Positions 25,151 through 39,240 of a stretch of DNA of 64,000 nucleotides are shown piece by piece. The translations under genes and the position numbers were made by a program. A model generated the notes under the pieces. That model searched no databases and was not told where the DNA came from. It saw only the letters and a list, made by a program, of their open reading frames with translations. The stretch spans positions 8,116,117-8,180,116 of the forward strand of contig MU055594.1 in NCBI GenBank assembly GCA_013239625.1, read 5' to 3'. The DNA comes from Lama guanicoe. Its lineage: Eukaryota. The stretch's first letter is position 1, and each line of letters starts with the position of its first letter.

Positions 25151-28100
25151 CTCTAGGTGTCTTATGTGGCTTTCATTCTCTTCTTGGCATGTTCTACAGA
25201 CCAGCTTTAGCTTCTTGTGTTTGCTTATTTGTAACTAGATTGACACAATGCATTCATAGGAGAATGCTAACAATCATTTAGCTGTCCCTCACTTTTCTCT
25301 CTTCAAGATCTTTGACTATATTCCCATCTTCCTAATTGGATGATTTCATCATAGTGGAAGATATCTCAAACTATTATGTTCAAAGAAAAGCATTGTTTCA
25401 ACTCAGATAATTTTTTTACATTTTCACGTGGGTTTTTACTCCAGGATAATGTCTGTATTCAACTGACTTTGAGAATCAGTTATTTAAGATGAATGCCAAT
25501 TGTCTTACTGTATTAGAGGAGCCAGCTCTTTTTCTAATTGTTGTGTTGTCCTGAAAATGGATAAGTAAATGGATAAATAGAAAGACCTACATAAAACATC
25601 AACATTGCTACATGTAAAACTACTTTACTATTTTATTTTTAAAAATATATGTGAGACTATAAAAAGGCAAAATTTACACCTTTTCCTAACAACATAATTT
25701 CAAAGCTGTATCAAAGCTGATTGCTATGCAGAAAACTGGGACGTCAGAAGCAGCAGACTTTAGGCATAGACAGAAAAAGAATGAGACAAGCTTAGGCTTT
25801 AAAGGTAAGAAAACGTTTTAAACTATATTCAAATGACAGAACAACATGTGTCTCTTTTGTGAAAACCCTTATCTATCTTTCCATTCCATAGACACGGTGC
25901 AGAAAATGAGTACATTAACCTGCACCAGTAAGAGTACTTCTTCCATCCTTAACCTTTTATAAAGTGTATGTTTTATTAGAAATGCAGTGAACATTCAGGG
26001 CTTTAGCCATTTCAGACCCTGGGGGTGCTCCCCAGCTGTTTAATACTCACTGAGAGCCTATGTGTGGACTGCAGGGTGGGGAGAAGCCCGGCCGGAGGGG
26101 CTGTGCTGAGCGCTTTCACATAGTTCCCATTACTAAGGAAACCACTCGTTTTGTCTGAACATGCTCTGAATAGATGTCTCATTTGAAGTCTAGTGCTCAA
26201 ACCATGAGGATTGTATTATGGAGCCGAGAAGGAAATGAGGGGAACAAAAAATGCTTGAAAATGCCACCAAGCATTCACAAAGCATCGTGCTGTAATAACA
26301 TTCCACGAGACAGAAGGTGCATTTATTTTTGCCACATTCCAAGTTATTTTGGTGTTATAAAAGCAAATTCCTTTGCCTGCCCACGTAATCAAAAGAAGCA
26401 AAGCAGATGTTCTTCTGACCTGTTCTTAATTCATGCTCTTGTTAGGGTCTCACTCACAAGTGTGACATACAGCACAGGAAGGACAAAATATGGATTCTCA
26501 TATTCATCTAGATTTGCTCCGTCGTGCTTTGTAGCTAAATGGTATAGCGCTATCTCTGTGCCAATAAACAAACACATGTTCAGAGACAGACCTCAGAATT
26601 TGCAGCCTCCAAATTGTCACTGTTAAATTCAGAATGGCTGCTGCAGACTGGTGCTTGGTGGTCTTTCATGCACCTCCAATTCAGATTGGGAGTGAGAAAG
26701 CACTGCTTCTAGAAGGCTCCTGCTCCCTTCTCTAGCTTCTGTCAACCCACAGCAAAGAAAGCAGCTCCTGTGGAAAAATCAGATGACCTTTCTTTCTTTC
26801 TCACCCTGGAAGTAGGGTTTATGGGACTTTGATTATACTGTCATTTTTATCATCCCATTCCCCATTCTTTGATAAGGGCAGTTGACATTTTTTTAAAAAT
26901 GCTGTGCAGACACCCTAATCAGAGGTTGCCACCCCTAAAGCCATGAAGAAAGTCAAGAGCTGCCACTGCAGGGGAGATGCTATTATCTTCACTTAGAGCT
27001 CCTTTAATCCTTTCAGCAAACATGAGGTGTATCAATACATTCATTAATCCACAGATGCAGAAATTAATATCTATTTATAGATTTGTTGCATTTTACTGTT
27101 TTGCTGATGTCTGTAGCGGTAGGGAAATGTGTCTGCATGAGAATCAGCGACTGAATGAGATCTTCGCCTCGTAGCCCAGTGCTTCAGCTCTGCCCTATGG
27201 ACAGAGGCTGCTGAGGTATCTCTCTTTGGAAGGCCAGTGTTACAGAGAGGTCTTAACAAGTCTAAGACCTAGAAACAAGCATCATAAGCAAGTACAAGTT
27301 GATTTCCTTTATAAACATACAAAGCCAACCGCATTGTCAGAAGGTCTTGTTTTTTTTAAAACCTTTTCCTTTTTCCCAACTCGTGTATGTTTAATAAACA
27401 TTTATTTCAGGCAGATGTCTTTTGAAGATTTTCTGCCTAACCAAGTTTTAGACATACCAATAAACTGAGTTGTTTTCTAGAAGTTAATTGCATCCCAACA
27501 CCACTTCACGGGTCCTAAATTTGAAAGAAAGCTTCTTCTCGTGAAAGTACGTAAGTACTTATCCTACCAATAATATCCTCACTAGTTCTGATGGTGAGCC
27601 TTTAATTCATTTTGAAACAAACAGCCAGAAGCTGCCAGCTGTTTGTGATCTGAGGTGCCTACGGAGTGTTTACTCGGAGTGTATGTTTAGCACTTAAGCT
27701 ATCATGGCTGCTGACAAGAGAATTCTAATCCTCAGACTTATTATGAAGTTAGTTTTCAAAATGAATATACATTAAGTCCTTTGTAGGTTATCCCCTGAAG
27801 GTTTGGCAGAGATCAGGATGTATGCATCTTTCTATTCTTGGTACTCAGCACAAGACCTGGCATATAGCAAGCATTCAGTTGAGAAGGTGGAACTGACTTG
27901 TTTGATAGGAGAAAAATACAGCAAACTCAGCATTTATTAATGACTCTTAGCCTGGCTTAATCGAGTGTGAAATGATGGAAGCATCAAATGTTTAACTTGA
28001 TTTAACATTTAGCTAATAAAGTCTAATTTTTCCATGGCCCTTCAGTCACCTACAGCTCTTTTTGAAATATTTTTTGTATTTATATAAATGTGATAAAATT

Positions 28101-28779
28101 ATACTGAAAGGATTGAGTCAGATCAGTCATACAGCCTTTGCTTTGTTTCAAGCCTCCATAGTTATATTTGTGTTTCATTCTCTTTATGGGAGAATTCTCA
28201 AGCTGTTTCCAGGTACCGCAAATGATCAGGTATTCATTATAATTCTGTTTCTGCCTGCAGCAATATATTTGCAGTCTGTTGTAACAATCATACATTTCAA
28301 TTAACATCAAGCATTATTTTATTTGGAGAAGTAAGACCTGTTTAGAAGAGTTTAATTTGTTAGTAGACCAAAGAGATTATTATTTGAAAAATAATAGAGG
28401 ATTTATAGTTATTATTAAATTAACAGTACGTATCTATCATTGGTTACAGTTAGAAAGTCATGGAGTAATTTTTTGGAGAAATTTCTGTCTTTAATATGCA
28501 CCTTCAGCCATACGTATGTTTGTAATCATAAAGCATCTCATGTATGATTTAGGACATTATGTTAAGACACAATGTCAGAACTTATCTTACCAGGGCAGAT
28601 ACATTTTGAGGATGATTAAAATATGGTAAATTTAGCTATAAATAAATGCCCATTCATGTAGTATTGTATTTAGAGTGAGTTTAGAAGCAATTAATGTCAT
28701 ATTTAACTCAATGAAAATTGTATGGTTTCTTTATTTTTGTTATTTAACTAAGTAAATGTTGGTTTAAGATTGCTTATTA

Positions 28780-29220
28780 GCAAAATAGCTCAGGTTTACT
28801 TTAGAAAATTTGGAAAAATCAGAAAGGATCAAGAAGAGAGGAAAAAACATTTGCCCACCAAAGGAGACATGGTAGATACTTTGGTATACTTTGTTTTGGC
28901 ATGTTTTTTGTTCTTACATAATAGAAAATATTCCATTTAAAAATTATATCATAAAAATAAAAGCATTTTTACTATTTTAAGTGCATATATTAATACCATA
29001 TAATTGACCCATTCTCTAAATACTGGATATTTGTTACATTTTTTCATTGTTTTATATTGTAAATAATGCAATGGTAAACATTGTAGGATAGGATTGCCAT
29101 AAGTGACTTTCTAAACTCAAGGATTTAGGCATTTTAAGACTCCTGATATGTGTTACAACTAACTTTCCTGAAACCACACATAGCAGTGTGTCAGTCTCCT
29201 TCCTATTGTGCTCTTGCCGG
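28780..29220 (-). mobile_element. Probable old L1ME fragment
   Basis: tagaaaatttggaaaa...gtaaataatgcaatggtaaacatt...ttttaagactcctgata. Confidence 0.45.
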
Positions 29221-30110
29221 CATTCATTTATTCATTTGTTCATTCATTCATTTATTCAAGAAATATATTTGAATATCAAGGTATTGTTCTAGGTGCTGGG
29301 AATATAAAGGTGAAAAATCAAGTCACTGATTGCAGAAATTTTATTTGTTGGGGAGATAAAGAGGAGAGGTGATAAATAGGCAATGATAAACTTGCAAGTG
29401 TATATTAAGTTGATTCCAGAGGTTGGCATATATTTTTAAAAAGTTAAAGTAATAGCATGGTGAATAACAAAGAGGAATGTTTCACATGCAGAATTAAAGA
29501 GGTTCCTCCTGGGAAAATGACATTTTCACTCAGACATGAATGTTGGAAGGAAAGTTAGGTCGTGATATTCCAGGCAGAATAACAGTGCTTGTGAAGGTCC
29601 TAAGACAAGAATGAGCTTCACATGTCCTAAGGATAGGAAAAGGCCAGTATGTCTAAGTGTGATGAACAACGAAGAAGTGGTAGGACATGAGATCTAAATG
29701 GTGACCAGGGCTGAAATCATCTGTAGTCTTACAAACCATGTGAAGGAATTGGATTTTAATAGTAATGGGCAGCCATTAAATGGTTTTCAGTAGGGGAGAG
29801 ATACTATTGGATTTTTCACTTTTTATTCACAGTTTCCAAAATCACAGGGTGCTTCATTAGCAGTTAGGAGAAGGTGTGTGTTTAGAGGAGAAACAGATAC
29901 TAATGGCTAGACTTCTGTGGTAGCGGAACAGATGGTGAGAGATGCTTGGAGTCCAGGAATATGTTCAATTTAGATATAAAAGGACTGCTCATTGATTGTG
30001 TGTAAGGGATATAGAAAAGATAAATTAAACAAAACTCCTACACTACAGTGCAACTGTCTTGGCCAATGGATGGTGATGGTATTAAGGGAGATGTGGGATT
30101 CCGGAAGAAG
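29221..30110 (-). mobile_element. L2 LINE 3' part with (CATT)n tail
   Basis: cattcatttattcatttgttcattcattc...ttgttctaggtgctggg...attccaggcaga...gggcagccattaaatggttttcag. Confidence 0.85.
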
Positions 30111-31162
30111 AGCAAGTTACTCCCATCCTAGAGTTCTCTTTTGCCTATATAATGGAGGCATCATGTTTTAAAATGCTTTCATATTTTGTTCAACTGTGTA
30201 AAGCAAAAACCAAAGAAACTTTGCCTTCATGGGTTCTACTCATTCACTTCCCTGAAGGGAGATTAAAATTTTTAACAGAAGGAATTTCAAGAAGTAGTTA
30301 GTACAATATTCAGCTCTGGGTTTTTGTTTTTGTTTTTGTTTTGAAAATATAATTATGAAATGAACAGAAGAAACAATTAGAACAAAAGCCCATGAAGTGT
30401 GGATTTCTAGGGCAGATATGGGAAGCTTGGCTTTCATCTTGGAATAAGAGTTTCCTGATTCCATCTGAGCTCAAGTGACTCAGCTCATGTAATTTTTCCC
30501 AAGTTGTAAAGAGAGTATCCACTATTCGGTAGAATCAGAAGGAAGAAAAATAAATAAAATTTTTAAAAATGTAGTGCAAGGAAAAGAAAAGCTTTTTATT
30601 TGCTTCAATCTGAGGACTTGAAAGAAGAAAAGAGGGGAGAAAGATGAGAGTAAGGTGGTTGGAGAGGTGTCTTCCAAAACCCTCTTAGAGATGGGTAATA
30701 ACATTAAGTAAACAATAAAATTGTTGCTTTATGTCTCTGGTAAATTATTAGCTCTTTGCTCTACCTTTATTGTTATACCATGCCACAACAATTTGATCAC
30801 ATCATACAGTCAGCCAAAAAGATTTAGCTTTCCTGAGCCACAGGAGAGCTGGCTCGGAAAAGTGGTCCGGTAGCCAGAGTTGTCTACGGCAGAGGGTGGG
30901 CTGATGCCTGAGCTACACACTGAATGCAGGACAAGTTAGTTATTCAGGAGTTTGCTACCAGTGGGAGCTGTGGTGAGGATGATTGGACTATGTAGAACTG
31001 CCAGACTCTGAGCAAACCAACAGAGACAAACAAAATCAAAAACAACCCAAACCAAACTAACCAACCAAAATCCCACAAAAACTGTAGCAACCAGAGATCG
31101 CAGCTCAGAACATCAGCAGGGCAAGAGGCATCCAGGTGCACCCTGAGTGGCTGTCAGCTCTG

Positions 31163-31307
31163 CAGCGCTTCTCAAATCACTGGATCTGGTTATAATGCAG
31201 ATGCTGATCCAGTAGGGCTGGAGTGTAGCCTGGGACTCTGCATCTCAAACAAGCTTCCACGTGATGTCAGTGCTGCTGGTCCACAGACCACATTTTGAGT
31301 AGCAAGG
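31163..31307. mobile_element. MER5A-type hAT-Charlie MITE
   Basis: cagcgcttctcaaa...atgcagatgctgat...tgctgctggtccacagaccacattttgagtagcaagg. Confidence 0.85.
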
Positions 31308-31589
31308 AGCTACTCAAATAAAAAGGATCACCATGAAAGCCAGTGGATCCCTCCTACCAATGTCATGAAGACAGGTATTTGAAGAACTAGGTGTTTTTTT
31401 TCCCCCTAGAGAGAAATTAAGTATCTGAAAGATCTCTCAAACTGTCAGACTAGATCAAGTTTAAATAACTAAGATACTTTTTTCATTTGATTTTCTTCTA
31501 GCTAGCAGATAGAAAGCTGGGGAGAATTATTTCATTGACTGTAAATAAGAGTAAAGTATTACTTTTTTTTTTTCTGTCCGTGCATTACA

Positions 31590-31980
31590 GAACAGTGAGT
31601 TAAGCTTGGGTTTGCCTTTTAGCCAGATAATGGCCACATCACATTTTGCATATATGAGCATGGAGCTCAGAGGAGAGATCAAAGTTGAAGATACAAATTG
31701 GGAAGTCATACCCATGTCCTCAGGTGAAACCCCCGAGGAAAGAACGTGGAGACAAAGAGGTCCCAAGATCTGACCCGAGGCCTTTTATCATTTAGTATAA
31801 ACCAAATGGAAAATCTGCCAAGGGAGGAGGAGAAGGAACAACCAGCAAGAAGGTAGAAGAGCTCAGGGTTATGGAAACCCAAAGAAGAATGGAGTGGCTA
31901 ACTGTTCTGGAGCTCACGTGATTTTGAGTGTTACTTAAAACAACAAACAAATAAAAATTGACCATCAGATTTGGCCACTA
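31590..31980 (-). mobile_element. L2 LINE fragment
   Basis: ggagctcagaggagagatc...gatacaaattgggaagtcat...catcagatttggc. Confidence 0.6.
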
Positions 31981-32899
31981 CTACTATAGATTCATGACAT
32001 AGATTAAGAAAACTTTTAAGAGTTTGAAAACAAGCTATTTAAAAATATAACTGCTAGAATTTTCTGCTCCCATTATAATCAGACTTCTTGAAAATGTTGC
32101 CTTAGAGTCATTGTCTCTACTTCCTGGTTTCCTGAGATTTTTTTTCATTTCACCGTAATTGGCCTTTGATCCTTGTCCTTTCTTTAATGGTTCTTATCAG
32201 TCACTTCTGTGTTACCGAATTCTGCCAGGTTTTATTTTCTTACTGATTCTACCAATGGATTTTTCTGACATTTTCAGCATTTCTTTTTTGGTTTTTTTTT
32301 TTGTTGTTTTTTGGGGCTTTTCTTGGATCATAGCAAAGGTACTACAAAACTCCCCCTATTGCTAAAATTTCATATGCAATTATGACCTTGGTCAGAACTA
32401 GCAGTAGAAGGAAAAACAAGCATTCAGATTTTCCTAGAAGTAAGAAAACACTGTTTTTTAAAGAAAAATTGGGACTCTGTCACCCTCTTCTTTGTAATCA
32501 AGCCTCATTAGCAAAAACATTAGAATGTTGATACATAGCAGTGTCTGTATGGATAAAACCTCCATGACCAACTTTCCTTTCCAAAGAAGGTTCAATATTG
32601 TTCAGAGAATTCTAGTTAATTGGCAAAGGGACAGCATTTAGGTAGAACTATGTCCAAAAATGAGAGGACTAAAGATACGCTTCAGGGGCCCATGTATTTT
32701 ACGTGGGACCAGATTTAGCTGGGTTTTGCTCTGAACCTTAAGAAATAAAGCTCTTTCAGCTGTTAGAAATAAACCTTGCTTTGAAAGATTATTGCAAGTG
32801 TAGTGTTCATGAAAAGCAAATTAGTATTCTATCAGTTTTCTCAGACATTTAATCTGCTAAAAGAGGTGGTAATCAGCTAAGACCCTGAACCATGTGAGG

Positions 32900-33095
32900 A
32901 GGCATCATGGTAGGTGGAGAGATTACAGATCAGGAAGTGAGTAGACCCAAATTCTTATTCTCGCTCTGACCTCAGTTTAAAGCATTCGTTTGGGTAGGTC
33001 ATTTAACTTCTCTGGACCTTGTGCTTTATGTACAAAATAAGGGGATTAAACCTGGTTGTCTCTGATGTCCCTTTCAGCTCTGATGTTTTATGAGG
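32900..33095 (+). mobile_element. MIR/MIR3 SINE
   Basis: ggcatcatggtaggtgga...gggtaggtcatttaacttctctgg...gtccctttcagctctga. Confidence 0.75.
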
Positions 33096-33854
33096 CTGTA
33101 ATTCAGCAGTCAAAATCTCTAGGTAGAATCTAGGAAGTGTTTTCTGCACAAAAAGTTATTGCCTTTGAATGACTGGATATCAGCTCACACGTTGTCCTAG
33201 GTCCTAAGGACAGACCAAGGGATGGAGAGGAAGAAAGTACCAGCCAGGCTAGTAAGCACTTATGTCCTTAAATGAAACAATTTATCTCCAATACAGCATT
33301 TTTCAAATTTCCTTACAAAGAAGCTGAAGCTTAATAGTTAAAGAGGTTGGCGTACAGACCATGAGAAATAAGTAGTATCATCCTGAGTGGCAGGTGTTGC
33401 TACATAATTGGCAGCACAACCAAGGAAGCATTTAAGGGAGATCTCTGTTTCAGCAAACAACAGTTAACAGAAGATACCTCTCCAGGGAGTGGTGGAATCC
33501 CACACATTTGAGACTCCTAAAAGTGGACCCAAAATAGCAGTAAAAGTGATGCCATGGGGAATAATCTTGCACTGGCAAGCAGATAGACTTGATAAACACA
33601 TGGGATTCCTCACTTCCCTTTGCCATGTTTCTAAGAGGAAAATAGCAATTAGGAGATAGTATGGCTGAGAACAGTCTCTGATCTGTGTAAGCCTATAGGC
33701 TTGAATGAAAATAAGCTTATCTCAGAAACATAACTTTTTTAATTTAGTTTTTAATTTAAAAAAATTCCAAACTTGTAGAAAAGTTGCAAGAACACTACAA
33801 TGAATTCCCAAATACCCTCAATAATTGATAGCATTTTGGCACATTTGCTTGCAC

Positions 33855-33894
33855 GTGTGTGTGTGTGCTCTCTCTCCTCTCTCTGTATAGGGAC

Positions 33895-33927
<33 letters not shown>

Positions 33928-33935
33928 TACACACA
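33855..33935. repeat. Compound microsatellite (GT)n(CT)n(AT)n(CA)n
   Basis: Directly visible. Confidence 0.92.
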
Positions 33936-34588
33936 TATTGTTGGCATGGTTATTGCTATCATTATTGCTGAACTACTAGAAAGTAAGTTGTAGATGTGAT
34001 GATCCTTTAGCCTTGAATCCTTTCTAACAAGCTTTTCTCATATTATCACAGTACAATGATCAAATTCAGGATTTTTGAGGACAGCACAAGTCCATATTCA
34101 AGTTTCACCAGTTGTCCCAATAGTGTACTTTACAGCTGTTTCTTTATCCTTAGAATCTAGTTGGAGATCACACATTGCCTTTAGTTGTCATGTCTCTTTA
34201 GATGGTTTTTCATGACACTGACATTTTTTGAATTTTGTATACTCTCTCTCTCTTTTTTTTTTCTCTTGCTTCCTCATGATTGGATTGAGGTTTTGCATTT
34301 TGAAAGTAATACAGCTTTAGTCCATCATATCAGGAGGCAGACAATGTTAGTTTGCTCCAATTTTAGTGATGTCAACATTGATTCTTTAGCAAATATTGTA
34401 TCTGCCAGGTTTCTGTACTATAGCATTAACTTTTAAATTTTTGCTATTAAGTAATATCTTCTGTCTAAATATCCTATTCTTTATCAACTCTTATGCAATA
34501 GTTTTAGCATCTACTGATGATTCTTGCCTGAATCAAGTAAAATTATGATATTGCAAAATGATTATTTCTAACTCTGTCATTCCTTTTA

Positions 34589-34799
34589 TGGTTGTCCTTT
34601 AGTATCCACAGGGGACTGCTTCCAGGACCACCTCAGCTCCTGCAAATACCAGAATCTGCTCAAGTCCCTTATATAAAATGGCATAGTGCTGTTGGCTTTC
34701 CAGGTGCTAGAGGTTCTGTAGTCAGAGGGTTCAACCAACCACGGATTCCCAGATAAGGAACTTGTGGATCCAGAACCCATAGATACGGAGGGCTAACAG
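34589..34799 (-). mobile_element. MER2-type Tigger (TcMar) MITE, short rearranged form
   Basis: Degenerate TIRs tggttgtcctttagtatc / gatacggagggctaacag flanked by TA; internal gctcaagtcccttatataaaatggcatagt. Confidence 0.85.
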
Positions 34800-35074
34800 T
34801 AATATTTGCTTGTTGGCATCCTCTTATAAGGAATAGCTTTCTCTTTCTTTTTTTAAAAATACCAATAAAGACTAATGGATTCTTTTTCCCCAACCATGAG
34901 TTATAAGCTATAACCATCATTGTTCATTGTGGTCCTTAAATTGTCCCAGATTTGTCACTGGGCAATGTTTTGGTTGAAAATTCTCTGTCACTCATTTGTA
35001 ATGACCCCGTCATTTTTTTCTAGACACTTATCATCAACAAAGTCTTAGGGAGTCTACTATAAACATAAAAAAAT

Positions 35075-35960
35075 AATGAAGTTAAATTCACATAACATAA
35101 AATTAACCATTTTGAAGTGCCCAGTGTAAGTAGCATTTTGATGTTGTGCAACCACCACCTACATCAAATTCCAAAACATTTCACCCCACTCCCGAAGAAA
35201 ACACTATAACCATTAAGTCATCACTCCTTGTTCTTGGCAACCTAGGTCTTGGCAACCACTAATCTGCTTTCTCTTCTTATGAATTTACCTATTCTGGATA
35301 TTTCATATAGTGGAATCATATAGTATGTGGCCTTTTGTGTCTGAGTTCTTCTATTTAGCATAATTTTTATAGGCTCACTCACTTTGCAGCATGTATTGGT
35401 ACTTCAGTTCATTTGATGGCTGAATAATATTCCATTGTATGTATATCCACATTTTATTTATTCATTCATCCACTTATAGATGTCTGGATTGTTTCTACCT
35501 TTTGGCTGTTGTAAATAGTCATGCTATGAACATTCATGTGTAAGTATTTATTTGAGTATCTATTTGAGTATCAGTTTGGGAGAGTATATACCTAGGAATC
35601 AGATTGCTGGGTTACATGGTGATTCTATGTTTAACTTTTTGAGAAACTACCAAACTGTTTCCACAACAGGCTGTACTGATTTACATTCCCTCCAGCTATA
35701 CATGAAGGTTGTAATTTCTTTCCATCCTTTCAAACACTTGTTCCATTTTTTTTTTATTTTGCACCTTCTGTTGGGTGTGAAGTAGTATCTTACAGTTTTG
35801 ATTCATATTTCTTTAATACTTAATTTTTTTAAGCATCTTTTCATGTTGTTTTTGGCTATTTATTTATCTTCTTTGGAGAAAGGTCTCTTGAAGTTCTTTG
35901 CTCATTTTTGAAATGGATTATTTATTTTTTATTGTTGAGTTGTCAGAGTTCTTTATGTTA
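35075..35960 (-). mobile_element. L1MB/MA-type 3' fragment
   Basis: aaattcacataacataaaattaaccatttt...ggcaaccactaatctgctttct...ggctgaataatattccattgtatg...tctttggagaaa. Confidence 0.9.
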
Positions 35961-38900
35961 TAAACTTTTAGTAATACATCATTTACTTTAAAAACATTTG
36001 TACTTTTTAGTTTTTAACTTTTTTCTGATCTGAAATTTAAGTCAGAAGCCTTGAATTAATAGTGACAAGAAAAATATCAAATAAGTAATCCTTTTTAATT
36101 AATGACATTTGAAGATATATCTTTATATATGTAGTCAAGGAATGGAGTTTTGTTCTATCTGTAAGTATCTGGAGTTTAGCTGAAATACTATATACTTGCT
36201 GTCTAAAGCATCTTCAGTGTAGCTGGCATGGTGCAGTAGAAACTTTTGGGTTTCCCAGTGAATCAGGAGTCCAAACTCATTGGGAAAATCATTTTGACCT
36301 CAGTATTTTCCTCATGAGGCTCAATTTGGCAGATTTGTAAAGTCTAGTTTGCAAAAACAACTTACTCTGGCTGAGTTTTGACCACATTTTTAAATTTTCT
36401 TAATAAAAATTCTCCTGTCACCAGTTCCTTTCTAGGTAGATAATGTTTTTATTTAACAACAAGAAGAAGCAGATTTCGCTAGCCTTTATCTCCATATGTA
36501 ATTACTTCCATGAAATATTATTCATCAACTGAATACTGATCACTCTTTGCCATGACAGTTATCAGCAGGCCATCCATGGGGTACGCTGCTTTAAAGTTGG
36601 GTGGAATGTTTTGCAGCTTATCAATTGCTGTCATTTTCAGATGTAAAGGCTTCCTTTTGAGGTAGAGCCTGCAACCGTTTACAGTTCTGTGGCACTCGCT
36701 ATTTTTTTCCAATGGAATTTATAGCTTTCTTTTCATTATTCAAAGCTTCTTTGGACTTTACTTATTTGAAGGTGTTTTTCTCACTATGGTTTTATATCTA
36801 GTTTTTTATTTCTGACAGAAATGTGAATCACTTTGGCTAAACCTATAAATCTATGTTGTGAGGTCCTGGATAGTATTTATCCTCTCTCTTCTGTTATATG
36901 TGGACTGTCTTTGGAGAAGGGTAAAGATGGTGGACATCCTGGATGTGAAAATTCCGGAATGGCTGTACTGGAATCTGAAGTGGGACTTGTTCCATGATAT
37001 ATTTGCAAATAGCAAAAGAACTTTGGGGAGGATGTTGTCCCATCTTTAGTATGAGACTGGTTCATTAGTACATTCTGGACAGATCTGAAGAGAGCCTGGG
37101 GATTGATTCTTTGAAATTGGTGCAGCTGTCTTTCTACCTTAGTGATCTCTCCAGGAAGGAGATCAGTTCAAGTTGTCCCCATCTCTCCTGGGCATCTGGG
37201 CCCTAAATGGTAATTGGGTGAGGATTAGTGAGAAGTACAGCAAGGGTCCCAAGAGAATTTCTACTCTGGATATCAATACATTTAGAATCTAAACGTTATT
37301 TAACATTGGTCAGCATACTCATCAGTGTTTATTATAGTTATTAATCTCCAAATAGCAATTCAGACACTTTAAAAAATCCTTTATACCTAGAAACACAGGA
37401 TGTTCTAGTTTTAAGAGACTCTAAAATTAAGATACTGTGATTTTCTAATTTTATAGGTGAAAAAACTCAAATCCAGTGTTCTTCATGGTCTATCACAATA
37501 GACTAGTTCATTATTATTCCTCATTATACCAAATGTTTCTGTTCAAAGGACATCTAACAGTCCTCTAGCAAATAAACAGCATGTCCACTGCAGCTTGCCC
37601 ATGGCACACATTGCTTATAGATCAAAGTGCTCCTTCATACTGAGTGAGCACAGTCTCCTGTTGGCATGTCCAGCCATCATTACCAGTAAAAAAGGAGCAA
37701 GTACAATGTAAGGAATCTATTTGCCTTACCAAGTCTGTAGAGTCCCTTCAGTTATGGAAAGATTAAAGAAAAATAACAGGTTACTTTCTTAAATTGCAAA
37801 AGGAATCATTTACTGAGCAGACTTCTTGCCTCTTTGTGTAGCATCTACTCCGCTTTGCCAGAGTGAATCCATCCACCCAGCCTTCCGTCATAGCTGAGTA
37901 CTGGACTGGAAGCTAAGTAAAAAGCAACTTTCCCAAGGAATCTTCTTTTATTGTTATTGGCAGAGAGATAGCTGGCTTCACAGACCGATTAATTCAATGA
38001 ACAACAGAACAAAAGGGATTTGAGTTAGACTTCTGAGATGTCTTTTCTAAAATTAGAATGACCTCATGGTTTGTTCTGGCAAGTTTAAACTTTGGAGAAT
38101 AGATAATTAGGGTGTCTTTCAACATTGCTATTCTCTATATTAAATTTTAGTTGGAAACTGAAGGGATCTTTTTAATTGTTTTTGATAACAGTAAGAGATT
38201 TTTCTTTGAATTGCCCAAAGTTGATATATATGCTACTATAAATATAAAAACAACAGTAATTTGGAGACATCATAATTTATTGGCAGACGTTTTTCCTTAA
38301 AAACATTTTTTGTTTCACTTAAGAATCTTTGCTAAGTTTTAGAGCCTATACCTTATACTTTCTGTCATTTTACCCCCTGAAACAGGAAAATAGTACTGTT
38401 TTACCAAATATACATAAAATGACAAATTTAAGCTATATATTGATTTCATGAAAATATGAAGATAAATCACTTTTTTTCTTTGTACTTTTCACATATTAAT
38501 TTATATCAGCTTGGAAACGTGAGAAATTATTTCATACAGAATACATTTTTCTTTGCCAGAGTTTATTGTGAAATGTTCCTTTTCCACAATGAAAAATGCT
38601 GCCCATCAGTTACAAACATTTTTACAAAATAATTAGTGATCCATGAAACAAATTTAGCCATCTGTCTTCTCACACACTTTCCTTCTCTTATTCTATACTC
38701 TCCATGGTCTCTTTATATATGTCTATGTCTGTGTATGTAGGTAAGTATGTATACACACACTGATACACACACACAGAGCTCTTTACCACAGTTAATTGAC
38801 CTGCATAATGTTTATATGACTTTATTTATTTATATTATTTTATATTTTTATATGTTTATTTCTTCATTCTTCAAATGTCCTGGTGTCACATTGATTTTAT

Positions 38901-39084
38901 TTCATGGTTTACTAAGCACTCGATCTTCTTTGAAGGATTTAATATCTTCACACTGCTCCCCACCACATCCTCAGTCTCTTGCTGAAATTCTCTTAGCGAC
39001 TGTAACCCTGTATCTTCCTGGTTCTCTGCCTATTTCTCTTGCTTTTTCTTCATTATCTCTTCTGTCAACTTTTCTTCTGCCTTT

Positions 39085-39240
39085 TGTAATGGAAAAACCA
39101 TGTGCTCTGCCATTAGATAAACCTGGGTTCCAATCTTATTTTTACCCTTTGTATGTGACTTTAAACACGTTATTTTTTACCTCTTTGAGCCTGTTTTTTT
39201 ATCTGTAAAATGATACAGTGCTTTCCTTTATGAGTGAGGC
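39085..39240 (+). mobile_element. MIR SINE
   Basis: aaacctgggttccaatc...tgtgacttt...ctctttgagcctgtttttttatctgtaaaatg. Confidence 0.75.

Larger units (their letters stand above)
33735..35015 (-). mobile_element. L1MC/MD-type 3'UTR fragment interrupted by microsatellites and a MER2 MITE
   Basis: aaacttgtagaaaagttgcaaga...ccatattcaagtttcaccagttgtcccaatagtgt...aaattgtcccagatttg. Confidence 0.8.

Noticed and set aside
35552-35785. 77-aa ORF
   Set aside because: Antisense translation of an old L1 fragment.
38747-39208. 153-aa hydrophobic ORF
   Set aside because: Built from T-rich low-complexity and L2/MIR-like sequence.
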